This document shows positions 28,586 to 40,199 of a DNA stretch of 64,000 bases, in pieces (the stretch's first letter is position 1; each line of letters begins with the position of its first letter). This DNA is from Atractiella rhizophila (taxonomy: Eukaryota). The stretch covers positions 194,926 through 258,925 of the forward strand of contig MU271183.1 in NCBI GenBank assembly GCA_021432655.1. The letters run 5' to 3'. Position numbers and translations under genes: made by a program. The notes beneath the pieces were generated by a model. That model saw nothing but the letters and a program-made list of their open reading frames with translations. It was not told where the DNA came from and searched no databases.

Positions 28586-28852
28586 TGATAAAGATTACGA
28601 GCGGTGGGGCAAGCGGGACTGCAAGGTGCTGCAAGGTGCGAGACCAATCAAGACTCTCTTATTGTATGTTCTATATGAGAATGAAATACATACCTGCAAG
28701 GTGCGAGACCAATCAAAACTCTGGGTCTCACACTTGCAGGGGAAGTTATTTTATAGCATAAAAGCTGAGTAATAAGAAAAAGGAACAAAGAAAATATGAC
28801 TTCGCACCAGCAAGAGAAAGGAGGGTGCGTTTATGCTCCCGTCAAGATATCA
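28586..28852 (-). repeat. 5' LTR of the copia element (TGATA...TATCA)
   Basis: 5-bp terminal inverted repeats. Followed on the - strand by AT and a PBS. Contains an intron-like CAG|GTATGT...TTGCAG duplication. Confidence 0.75.
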
Positions 28853-29002
28853 TGCAGTTATCTTTCCCTCTTCGTCCTGTCGATCATGTGTGCTTGGAGC
28901 TGATCGGAGAGGCATAGAGAGATGGGAGAGTTGTGGGGTATTCTGTGGTCAATGGGACTTTCAAGTTAGTAGCCAATTCCAGTACAGGAAGGTGTTGCCA
29001 CA

Positions 29003-30160
29003 TTTAAACGTTGTGTATCTTACACGATGGGCTCTTTAACAATGTGGCTGCCTCTCAAACTGGCTTCAACGGATTATCGTGACTCAAATGCATCCCATTG
29101 ATGGGGTGACTGGAACACTTACACCTCCTACTTTCTGAGAACATTCACGTCTCTTAGCATCCTTACTGTGGTGTGTGCTCAAGTTTCCTCTTCACTTCCA
29201 ATTACGCCTTCTCATTATTCAGCACCTTTCTCTGATAAAGCGAATTGCCCTGTGAGTGTGAGACCACATTCTTATTGGTTTGGTCTCACACCTCACAGGT
29301 GCTGTATTTGGCCGTTACATAGCTAGAACCACATTCTTATTGGTTTGGTCTCACACCTTGCACTCTCACACCTCGCTGCTCTCTTACTCGTCATCCTCTC
29401 CCAAATAACATCATCACCTTTTGAAATTTCGGAAGAACATGTCCCCTCTTAGCTCTCTCCAGTTTCCATTGTTGTGCCTTACGCTCATCCTTTAACCAGC
29501 ACAAGTAGAGTATTGCTTCTTCCCACCTCTTCCCACTTTCTCAAACATAAGTGAAATCAAATCACTGTGACTTCATTTGAACTACCAAACAGACCAAAAG
29601 AGACATGACTGTCTTGCATCCAACAGCAATTTGTGACAGGAGATTCACAGAGGAGGGCTAGCTTCCATTGCTCATGTTTTCTGTTGGTCTGCTTCAAGTC
29701 AGTAAGGAAGAACAGTCAGACGATCTGTGGATCACTTTTGAGCACAGACAAGCAAAGCTATCATATATGTTCATTCATTTTCGCCTTCAGGTCTGTATAT
29801 TGCCATATCATTTAATAGGGAGGGGTGTTTGGTCACCATTTTGCATCTCTCACATAGAATTGTCATGCTTTCACCTTATCGATATCTCCTCCTCAGGTTG
29901 AGGGATTTTCCAGACCATTTCTCAGTTTCACTATTACATTCTTGGTCAAATGCACAGACGCTTTACTTTAGATTATGAAAAGATCCATCCTTCATTATAT
30001 CAGCCAATATCACACCAAAGGTGCCATTGATGACTTCCAACACAAAATCCCACCCTCATAGCATCACCTTTTTTGGCAATTTGTCGTTCTTGCCGTACTC
30101 AAGGCAGTTGACGACAACCCTACAAGAGTTAATGTTGTACACTCTATAGCAAAGGGTCTT
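29003..30160 (+). pseudogene. Inverted, decayed copy of RhoGEF 3' region (Ser-rich, SH3, stop, 3' UTR), right part
   Basis: gatgggctctttaacaatgt, agtattgcttcttccc, ggagattcacagaggagggc and tttgcatctctcacatagaa match the reverse complement of ~16170-17200. Interrupted by a solo LTR near 29167-29410. Confidence 0.8.
29167..29410 (+). mobile_element. Solo LTR related to the copia LTR, opposite orientation
   Basis: Shares the duplicated GGTCTCACACCT block and hairpin with 28586-28852. Ends ...AATAACA. Left boundary uncertain, no TSD. Confidence 0.55.
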
Positions 30161-30664
30161 TAATGCCCTTGATGCCTTCTCCGATGAATAAACCACTAGT
30201 TGGGCTAGAGAAGGCGCCAGAGCATCTTCAACAGCACTCTGGCAACATGCACATCGGTATGTCTTCCCTGTGAAAACTATGGTTATGGTTCTTTGGTCTT
30301 CCTTCCACATGAATACTTTCCGCCATACACTAGCACAATGCGCATTTAATACTTCGACGCAAACCACAATGCACCATTGCGAGCTCAAGCTCGTAAATCT
30401 CCCAGAGGCTTTCCATGGTCATTAAGAGAGCGACAGTGATTGACGATGTCTTTAGATATTTTCAGTACCGTTCAGATTCAGAAAATAGGGGGATATTGCC
30501 CAGATCACATATTTTGGCCTATTTGGAACTGTGGGAATGATCTATATTTGTGTTCACATCAGCGAAATTGAATTCCGACTCCACGACTTGAAACCTTCAT
30601 TGGCCCAAAAAGCCTACGACAATTCCAATTATGATGCATTTTCTGTTTCATTTTCAAGTAGTAA

Positions 30665-31035
30665 TGTTAGGGCAAACACTATGTGCGGTCACCGACAGGC
30701 GATGCGTCTGTAGTGGAGATAAACCTAAGAGCATGATATGACATGAAGACTAACCTGTAGTGGAGATAAACCTAACAGAATACTCTAAGGTCACCTTCAC
30801 TACTCTCCGATCTATATATACAAGTGGAATAACACTGCCACAGAGTGTAGAGGAGAGCAGATGAAACATGTAAGAGAACTAAAAGGGGAAGTGACAGTGG
30901 GATTACACGGACTACACGGAGTTAATAAAAGGAGGATAGGCACAATTGGGCTAAGTGGTGATGTAGGTGCAAATGGGCGACAGGAGACGCAATCCAGTGA
31001 ACAGGCACCAATTTGCGTAAGATGCAAACCTGACA
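30665..31035 (-). mobile_element. Solo LTR family A (internal deletion)
   Basis: Near-identical to 25648-26080. Flanks are AGTAGTAA and TCACT and do not match each other (see inversion finding). Confidence 0.9.
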
Positions 31036-31750
31036 TCACTTCAGCAAAGCCTGGTCTCTTGCAGCACATCTGCTTCACTCCTGCAACATCCTGCTTGCTC
31101 CTGCTCAGCCGGTTCATCTGGTTCGCTTCTGTAACATGCTGCTCCTGTAGCAAAGTGTTGCGTACTCCTGCAAAGTCCTGCTCGCTTCAACAAAGTCAGT
31201 CTGCTTCATGCACCTCTGCTTCACTCCTGCAATGCCAAGCTCACTGAAGCTATGTGCTGGTTCCTCCAGTGAAGCAGTGGTTGCCTCAGCGAAGGCTGAA
31301 GGGGTGGCTGGCCCAGCAGAGGGACTCTGTAGCAAAGCAGTGGTCAAGGGCTGATACCTACAGTGAAGCAGCAGGGCTGATGTCTCCACCAAAGAGCAGT
31401 CTCTCTGATGAAGGTGTCTCCAGTGAAGCTATAGTTCCTTCCAGCGAGGGGGCGGTCCGTCCAGGGAAGGTTCTCCTCAGCGAAGCAGTGGTTATGACCT
31501 GGATCCTTCAAAGATGTATAGGCCACTGCAGTGAAGGAGGTTCACTTCCAGCATGTCTGCTCCTCATTTTGGAGGTATGGACCGCATGCAGGAACTCATC
31601 TTTGCTCTGGGGACTTGGTCTCGTTCCAGTTCCCATATGGGAGATGAAGTTCATGTTTGGGACCAGGTTCGATCTGGCAGGCCAAGGTCATGTCACTCTA
31701 TGTTGAAGCCCATCAGGTTCGAAGTCATCTCTACATACCCTAAGGGGTCA
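31036..31750 (-). pseudogene. Transition-riddled coding remnant (coiled-coil-like), probably TE-derived; appears to continue at 35162-35620 (+)
   Basis: Codon-like Q/E/A-rich sequence with many stops and few CpG. Shares TSD AGTGA with 35162. Confidence 0.35.
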
Positions 31751-32044
31751 TGAGGTGCAGACCCAAAGCGGTTACTATCAGTTTGTGTGAAGCAGACTTC
31801 GTGAGAGAGGGCGAACTTGATATGTTGCAGTTAGTTCCTATACAAAAGTGGTGATTTTGTGAAATAGGTGAACTTTGTATGTTGGAGTGCCAGAGTAGTT
31901 ATTTTGTAACAGGAAGTGCACTCACTTCCCAAAAGCATGTGAGGTGAAAGTCACAACAGCAGGTGGACTTTGCAGTTTGTAGCCAGCCAGCCACCTGAAG
32001 TACCCACTATCAGGCCTGCTCCTACATATTACCAACATTCATCA

Positions 32045-32405
32045 ATCTAGGTCATGCAACCTAATTTCCTACTTCACATTTTCGCACTCTTACCAACCAC
32101 CGCTTTACGTTGTTGCATACAGGTCACCGCTCAGCATTTTGCCGGTCTGCACTGACACCATTTCATCTTGACATCCTTTCACATTGCTCTACTTATTTTA
32201 TCCTATTTCCAGTTATTCCCTTTATTGCTTTTCCGATTTACTTATTCGACATGTTTCATGGGCCATACTTTATAGTTCATGGTGGTGCCCTTACACATGT
32301 ATATAAATCGAGATGTCGTGGTGATGATCTTAGAGTATTCTCTTAGGTTTATCTCCACTACAGATATTGCCGATCAGCGAACTTTATATAATGTCTGCCC
32401 TAATA
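32045..32405 (+). mobile_element. Diverged LTR (family B, related to A) upstream of gypsy remnant
   Basis: Contains acatgtatataaatcgag, cttagagtattctcttaggtttatctccactacag and a ...gccctaata end resembling family A. Left boundary approximate. Confidence 0.55.
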
Positions 32406-34350
32406 GAAGAATACTCTCCCTCCACCCTCTCTCTCTTCTTCAAAACCAAAGTTAGAAAAAATGTTGAAGGTTTGGGGAGACATGAAAATGCACAATTCAC
32501 TACCAACAGAAAAACGTATCTATCGCTCAGAAAGGATGTTCCAACTCTATACCTCACAACTGAAAAGCAGTTCAGAAAACTTGAACAAGACCTCATGTCA
32601 AGTTTCAACCAGTAAAATGCACATACTTCCCAGAATGTAATCGAAATTGTGCAACTGAGATCCGACCTCCAAAATACAAACGACTTTACAATTACTAGAT
32701 TCCAGACTAACTCTTCCTAAAGACAGTGGAACCACCTCCACCTTTTTATCTCGAACAGACCCAACACCTCAAGCATACTCCTCTCCTTCTATATATCGAT
32801 CTGCAGTTTCACTATATGCAGGTATTAAACTTGTTTCACAATCTCCAAAGGAGTGCCCAACACAGCTCCAACCTTTTTACACGAAATTTACGGCTACACT
32901 TCTACTGTCCCAGGATAATTCCCCTCAGAAACATTAAAAATTCTAATTACCCTCTCTTATATGAAAGATGGAGATGCTGAAAAATCCGCCGCTAGGATTT
33001 TGTGCTGACTTGTTGAAAATGAGGAATAAATTCGTGCAGCAATTTTTGTCGGAGTTCAGATCGCGATTCTGCGCATCCGATCACTAACCCATCAGTGATG
33101 GCTGGACCCCAAAACATGTTTTCTATGAAGAAAAACAGCTTGAAAATAACAAAACACAAGGAGAACAGACCACCTGTATTGTATCGACTGAGTACTAATC
33201 CCTCACTGAGCACCACCCCCCATACTCACAATGCAAAAGAGCCCCCGAGGACATGGAGGTCGATGTGACACAATCTAGACCCCTCGTTGTCAACGATGCC
33301 AAAGAATAGGACACAGGGAAAGGAATGTAGGACGTCCATGAACAAAGAATACGACACTGGGAAAGCGAATATAGGACATCCATGAACAAAGAACAGCACC
33401 TCTGAGCACAGTGTGAATATTTCAGTTCCAAGTTTGCGCAACAAGACTGTCAAGCGACCCAGATCATTGAACTTCTGACGATAATGGTTGTTCCCCAATT
33501 GATAAGTCTAGATGAGGATTTTTAAAGCGGCGATGGGTGGAAGAAGTGTCCCCATTGCCGACCTGCAATTCTATTTCATCACCTAAAACCACTTCCAACA
33601 AAGCACCACTTTGACTTTGTGCAGATTTCCCTCCTCCCGAATTCGACTCCCCCTTTCCAAAGATGAAAAAATACACCTTTGTTCCACCACTACATCTCTC
33701 GTCAGCTTGAAAACGAAACTCAGAACTACATTCCATCATCCATATTCCCAATTGCCGACAAGCCACATCGGTGCTTGTTGACAGTGGGGCAACCATTTCC
33801 TTCATTTCCCCAAAACTCGTTTCTGCATACAACCTACCCATCACTCAACTTCCTTCCCCAGTAGCCAATTACAATATCGACGTATCTCTCAATCAGGGGG
33901 TCCCATCCATTCTGTTGCTTATTTACCCATTTTGATCGCTGCTTATCGCAAAGTTTGGCAATTCGCAGTGGCGGAGTTGGGGATGGTTGACATGATCCTA
34001 GGTCATGATTGGCTGAGACACTACAACCCAGAGATTAACTGGGCTTTAGGGAAAGTAGAGTTCTCTCACTGCCCCACCCTTACAATGCGGTTGATGTGTC
34101 TACCCCATGCGAACAACTTCCATTGTCGTCTGCCTCAATACAAGCCACCATTACAAAATCGTAGAAACTGGCACAATACGTGGCGGCGACGAGACCAAAA
34201 AGTGGTCGAAATACCAGTGCAAATTGGAATTTTGCAGACATCTTTGACGACGAAAAATTCAAAACGTTACTTCCACCACGATGACTGTGGGACCATGCCA
34301 TTAACCTTAAAACAGATGCTTGTTCTCTCAACAATGTTAAAGCCTGCAAA
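32406..34350 (+). mobile_element. Ty3/gypsy remnant (gag, aspartic protease, RT N-terminus), copy 1
   Basis: Gag-like KILITLSYMKDG, protease LVDSGATISFIS...DMILGHDWLRHYNPEINW, and FADIFDD..LPP..WDHAINLK. Many stops and frameshifts. Confidence 0.88.
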
Positions 34351-34684
34351 GGTGATAGATTGGCAACGGACACACATCCCATTGACCAGTTATACTGCAC
34401 GTTGTGTCTACAAGTGTGTGGCCTGAGCCTATTTAATGGTGAGCTCCAAAATAAGCTTGGGTAGCTAGTGGGAGGAACACCTGAGTGCCTTCCCCTAGAC
34501 AGAGGAGTGAGTCCTATATCAACCATTACAGCTAAGGCCCCTACTCACTACCATTCCTTATGCCACTGTGACACAATTTACACTCGTCACCGCCTGGCAT
34601 TTTGCCGCTAATACTGAGACCCAAACTGCATACATTTCAGAGTTCAAAATCACCAATCCGGGCAGACTACTCGCTATTACTACT

Positions 34685-35161
34685 TGTCAGGTTTGCATCT
34701 TACACAAGTCGGCGCCCATTCACCGGATTGCGTCTCCTATCACCCATTTGCGTCCCCGGCGAATCGGCGCCTTTTCGCCCGTTTGCATTCTATACAAATC
34801 TGCAAACCGTCGCCACTCTGCGTCTCCCGTCGCCACTCTGCCTTTTCCTTGTCGCCTATTTGCACGCAGTGCATCACCACTTAGCCCCTTCATGTGTATT
34901 CTCCTCTTGTTAACTCCGCGTAATCCCACTGTCACTTCCCCCTTTTAGTTATATTACATGTTTCATCTGCTCTTCTCTACACTCTGTGGCAGTGTTATTC
35001 CGCTTGTATATATATATCGGAGAGTAGTGGAGGTGACCTTGGAGTCTTCTCTTAGGTTTATCCCACTACAGGTTAGTCGTCATGTCATATCATGTACTTA
35101 GGTTTATCCCCACTACAGACGCATCACCCATCAACAACTGCACATAGTGTTTGCCCTAACA
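34685..35161 (+). mobile_element. Solo LTR family A
   Basis: TGTCAGG...CCTAACA. Flanks TTACTACT and AGTGA. Confidence 0.9.
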
Positions 35162-35738
35162 AGTGAGTACCACTTAGTTGCTGAAACCATCCCTTTGCCG
35201 GAAGGACCACCTCTTCATTGGTTGTTCGAGCATGGTCTTGCTGAAATGATACTGGCTTCACTGAATACGTAGGCAAGGTACCGAAACACAGAGCTCTGAA
35301 GGCTGAGGATCAAAGAGGAGCCTTTTGAAGTCCTACTTTGTGGGGACATTGTGGGCAGAGGTGCATGAAGGTGCCATAACCCTAAGCTGACCATTGACAT
35401 AATCTCGCCAATCAATCAACCACTATCTGCTCTATCCCATACATACCACATCAGCTCCCAATAGCTCTCAGTATTATGGAGAAGGTATCCTCCAGCATTT
35501 CAGGTAAATCAGCATCACAGAGAGGATCATCCTACTCATGAGACCACGGAACTGTCCCCAGCAATCTGGATACCTTCATCCTCATATCTCACCACTCGGT
35601 AAATCCTGTTCACCAGTCTGCACCATCACTATTTTCATCTTGGCAATCCTTTGATATTGTTCTACGTCTTATATCTTATCTCTAGTTATTTCCTTTGTTG
35701 CCTCCCCGATTTGGTTTATTCTATATGCTTCAAGATAC

Positions 35739-36316
35739 TATCAGGATTGCATCTTACGCAAATCGCTGCCCGTTCGCCGGATTGCATCTCCTAACGCCCA
35801 TTTGCGTTGCCTGCGAATTGGCGCCTGTCGCCACTCAGCGTCTCCCGTTGCCTGTTTGTACACAGTGCAAATTGGCATTCAGTCGCCTGTTCGCCCATTT
35901 GTGCCTATATCACCACTTAGCCCAATTGTGTCTATTCTCATCTTATTAACCCCGCATAATCCCACTGTCACTTTCCCATTTTAGTTCTCTTACATGTTTC
36001 ATCTGCTCTCCTCTACAATCTGTGGCAGTGTTATTCCGCTTGTATATAGATCGGAGAGTAGTGGAGGTGTGTCAGGATGGCTACAGACCAACAGCTAACC
36101 AACTGAACTAAAAGAGCTAACGATGGGTGTTTAAACCCATCTTGGTCTGTACTTAAGGTATATCAGGGGCTCGAACCCTGACAAGGTGACCTTAGTGTAT
36201 TCTCTTAGGTTTACCTCCACTACAGGTTAGCCTTCAGGTCATATCATGCTCTTAGGTTTATCTTCATTATAGACGTATTGCCCGTCAGCAGACTGCACAT
36301 AGTGTCTGCCCTAACA
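35739..36316 (+). mobile_element. Solo LTR family A with nested 114-bp element
   Basis: TATCAGG (mutated TG)...CCTAACA, 5-bp TSD GATAC. Inserted into a family B-like LTR. Confidence 0.9.
36070..36183. mobile_element. 114-bp mini solo-LTR/TRIM-like element
   Basis: TGTCAGG...CCTGACA 7-bp terminal inverted repeats and 5-bp TSD AGGTG. Absent from the duplicate site near 40067-40071. Confidence 0.9.
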
Positions 36317-36431
36317 GATACATGCTTTACAGTTCATGGCGGTGCCCTTACACATGTATATAAATTGAGATGTAATGGTGATGACCAGGCAATTGCCGAT
36401 CGGCGAACTTTATATAATGTCTGCCCTAATA

Positions 36432-38372
36432 GAAGAATACTCTCCCTCCACCCTCTCTCTCTTCTTCAAAACCAAAGTTAGAAAAAATGTTGGAGGTTTG
36501 GGGAGACATGAAAATGCACAATTCACTACCAACAGAAAAACGTATCTATCGCTCAGAAAGGATGTTCCAACTCTATACCTCACAACTGAAAAGCAGTTCA
36601 GAAAACTTGAACAAGACCTCATGTCAAGTTTCAACCAGTAAAATGCACATACTTCCCAGAATGTAATCGAAATTGTGCAACTGAGATCCGACCTCCAAAA
36701 TACAAACGACTTTACGATTGCTAGATTCCAGACTAACTCTTCCTAGAGACAGTGGAACCACCTCCACCTTTTTATCTCGAACAGACCCAACACCTCAAGC
36801 ATACTCCTCTCCTTCTATATATCGATCTGCAGTTTCACTATATGCAGGTATTAAACTTGTTTCACAATCTTCAAAGGAGTGCCCAACACAGCTCCGACCT
36901 TTTTACACGAAATTTACGGCTACACTTCTACTGTCCCAGGATAGTTCCCCTCAGAAACATTAAAAATTCTGATTACCCTCTCTTATATGAAAGATGGAGA
37001 TGCTGAAAAATCCGCCGCTAGGATTTTGTGCTGACTTGTTGAAAATGAGGAATAAATTCGTGCAGCAATTTTTGTCGGAGTTCAGATCGCGATTCTGCGC
37101 ATCCGATCACTAACCCATCAGTGATGGCTGGACCCCAAAACATGTTTTCTATGAAGAAAAACAGCTTGAAAATAACAAAACACAAGGAGAACAGACCACC
37201 TGTATTGTATCGACTGAGTACTAATCCCTCACTGAGCACCACCCCCCATACTCACAAAGCAAAAGAGCCCCCGAGGACATGGAGGTCGATGTGACACAAT
37301 CTAGACCCCTCGTTGTCAACGATGCCAAAGAATAGGACACAGGGAAAGGAATGTAGGACGTCCATGAACAAAGAATAGGACACTGGGAAAGCGAATATAG
37401 GACATCCATGAACAAAGAACAGCACCTCTGAGCACAGTGTGAATATTTCAGTTCCAAGTTTGCGCAACAAGACTGTCAAGCGACCCAGATCATTGAACTT
37501 CTGACGATAATGGTTGTTCCCCAATTGATAAGTCTAGATGAGGATTTTTAAAGCGGCGATGGGTGGAAGAAGTGTCCCCATTGCCGACCTGCAATTCTAT
37601 TTCATCACCTAAAACCACTTCTAACAAAGCACCACTTTGTGCAGATTTCCCACCTCCCGAATTCGACTCCCCCTTTCCAAAGATGAAAAAATACACCTTT
37701 GTTCCACCACTACATCTCTCGTCAGCTTGAAAACGAAACTCAGAACTACATTCCATCATCCATATTCCCAATTGCCGACAAGCCACATCGGTGCTTGTTG
37801 ACAGTGGGGCAACCATTTCCTTCATTTCCCCAAAACTCGTTTCTGCATACAACCTACCCATCACTCAACTTCCTTCCCCAGTAGCCAATTACAATATCGA
37901 CGGATCTCTCAATCAGGGGGGTTCCATCCATTCTGTTGCTTATTTACCCATTTTGATCGCTGCTCATCACAAAGTTTGGCAATTCGCAGTGGCGGAGTTG
38001 GGGACGGTTGACATGATCCGAGGTCATGATTGGCTGAGACACCACAACCCAGAAATTAACTGGGCTTTAGGGAAAGTAGAGTTCTCTCACTGCCCCACCC
38101 TTACAATGCGGTTGATGTGTCTACCCCATGCGAACAACTTCCATCGTCGTCTGCCTCAATACAAGCCACCATTACAAAATCGTAGAAACTGGCACAATAC
38201 GTGGCGGCGATGAGACGAAAAAGTGGTCGAAATACCGGTGCAAATTGGAATTTTGCAGACATCTTTGATGACGAAAAATTCAAAACGTTACTTCCTCCAC
38301 GATGACTGTGGGACCATGCCATTAACCTTAAAACAGATGCTTGTTCTCTCAACAATGTTAAAGCCTGCAAAG
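36432..38372 (+). mobile_element. Ty3/gypsy remnant, copy 2 (tandem duplicate)
   Basis: Near-identical to 32406-34350 at an offset of ~4020-4026. The protease ORF 37791-38213 is still open. Confidence 0.88.
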
Positions 38373-38705
38373 GTGACAGATTGGCAACGGACACACATCC
38401 CATTGACCAGTTATACTGCACGTTGTGTCTACAAGTGTGTGGCCTGAGCCTATTTAGTGGTGAGCTCCAAAATAAGCTTGGGTAGCTAGTGGGAGGAACA
38501 CCTGAGTGCCTTCCCCTAGACAGAGGAGTGAGTCCTATATCAACCATTACAGCTAAGGCCCCTACTCACTACCATTCCTTATGCCACTGTGACACAATTT
38601 ACACTCGTCACCGCCTGGCATTTTGCCGCTAATACTGAGACCCAAACTGCATACATTTCAGAGTTCAAAATCACCAATCCGGGCAGACTACTCGCTATTA
38701 CTACT

Positions 38706-39163
38706 TGTCAGGTTTGCATCTTACACAAGTCGGCGCCCATTCGCCGGATTGCGTCTCCTATCACCCATTTGCGTCCCCGGCGAATCGGCGCCTTTTCGCC
38801 CGTTTGCATTCTATACAAATCTGCGAACCGTCGCCACTCTGCGTTCTCCTGTCGCCTATTTGCACGCAGTGCATCACCACTTAGCCCCTTCATGTGTATT
38901 CTCCTCTTGTTAACTCCGCGTAATCCCACTGTCACTTCCCCCTTTTAGTTGTATTACATGTTTCATCTGCTCTTCTCTACACTCTGTGGCAGTGCTATTC
39001 CACTTGTATATATATATCGGAGAGTAGTGGAGGTGACCTTAAGAGTCTTCTCTTAGGTTTATCCCCACTACCGGTTAGTCGTTATGTCATATCATGCTCT
39101 TAGGTTTATCTCCACTACAGACGCATCGCCCATCGGCGACCACACATAGTGTTTGCCCTAACA
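38706..39163 (+). mobile_element. Solo LTR family A (duplicate of 34685-35161)
   Basis: Same termini and same flanks (CTACT / AGTGA). Confidence 0.9.
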
Positions 39164-39740
39164 AGTGAGTACCACTTAGTTGCTGAAACCATCCCTTTGC
39201 CGGAAGGACCACCTCTTCATTGGTTGTTCAAGCATGGTCTTGCTGAAATGATACTGGCTTCACTGAATACGTAGGCAAGGTACCGAAACACAGAGCTCTG
39301 AAGGCTGAGGATCAAAGAGGAGCCTTTTGAAGTGCTACTTTGTGGGGACATTGTGGGCAGAGGTGCATGGAGGCGCCATAACCCTAAGCTGACCATTGAC
39401 ATAATCTCGCCAATCAATCAACCACTTTCTGCTCTATCCCATACATACCACATCAGCTCCCGATAGCTCTCAGTATTATGGAGAAGGTGTCCTCCAGCAT
39501 TTCAGGTAAATCAGCATCATGGAGAGGATCATCCTACTCATGAGACCACGGAACTGTCCCCAGCAATCTGGATGCCTTCATCCTCATATCTCACCACTCG
39601 GTAAATCCTGTTCACCAGTCTGCACCATCACTATTTTCATCTTGGCAATCCTTTGATATTGTTCTACGTCTTATATCTTATCTCTAGTTATTTCCTTTGT
39701 TGCCTCCCCGATTTGGTTTATTCTATATGCTTCAAGATAC

Positions 39741-40199
39741 TATCAGGATTGCATCTTACGCAAATCGCTGCCCGTTCGCCGGATTGCATCTCCTAACGCC
39801 CATTTGCGTTGCCTGCGAATTGGCGCCTGTCGCCACTCAGCGTCTCCCGTTGCCTGTTTGTACACAGTGCACATTGGCACTCAGTCGCCTGTTCACCCAT
39901 TTGTGCCTATATCACCACTTAGCCCAATTGTGTCTATTCTCCTCTTATTAACCCCGCATAATCCCACTGTCACTTTCCCATTTTAGTTCTCTTACATGTT
40001 TCATCTGCTCTCCTCTACACTCTGTGGCAGTGTTATTCCGCTTGTATATAGATCGGAGAGTAGTGGAGGTGACCTTAGTGTATTCTCTTAGGTTTACCTC
40101 CACTACAGATTAGCCTTCAGGTCATATCATGCTCTTAGGTTTATCTTCATTACAGACGCATCGCCCATCAGCGGACCGCGCATAGTGTCTGCCCTAACA
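39741..40199 (+). mobile_element. Solo LTR family A (duplicate of 35739-36316, without the mini element)
   Basis: TSD GATAC on both sides. Confidence 0.9.

Larger units (their letters stand above)
25331..28852 (-). mobile_element. Decayed, 3'-truncated Ty1/copia retrotransposon (5' LTR, PBS, gag, protease, integrase, start of RT)
   Basis: Gag IPKLEGWENYHIW; zinc knuckle CHFCGIEGHWESDC; protease YVDSAATDH; HHCC WHCRLGHL..CAGC; integrase VHTDVWGP, IRSDNGGEY, YTPQ*N (premature TAG); SH3-like KLDARS; RT start VIGSKWV..RFRARVVAQGF. Several frameshifts. Confidence 0.95.
24967..29002 (-). mobile_element. Outer LTR-like element (TGTGGCAAC...CATTAACA on - strand) containing the nested copia
   Basis: TG at 24967 begins exactly where pseudogene homology stops, and CA at 29002 ends where it resumes. 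The TSD is only approximate (CTTCA vs TTTAA). Its own sequence occupies ~24967-25133 and 28853-29002. Confidence 0.45.

Noticed and set aside
33300..33395. ~44-bp x2 repeat in the gypsy gag-protease linker (also at ~37326)
   Set aside because: Ordinary internal duplication in a dead element.
34568..35984. ORFs ending in NPTVTSPF repeated across the island
   Set aside because: They are translations of LTR family A sequence, not genes.
36070..36183. Functional tRNA-Tyr gene
   Set aside because: Boxes are in reverse order, there is no acceptor stem, and TIRs plus a TSD mark it as a mobile insertion.
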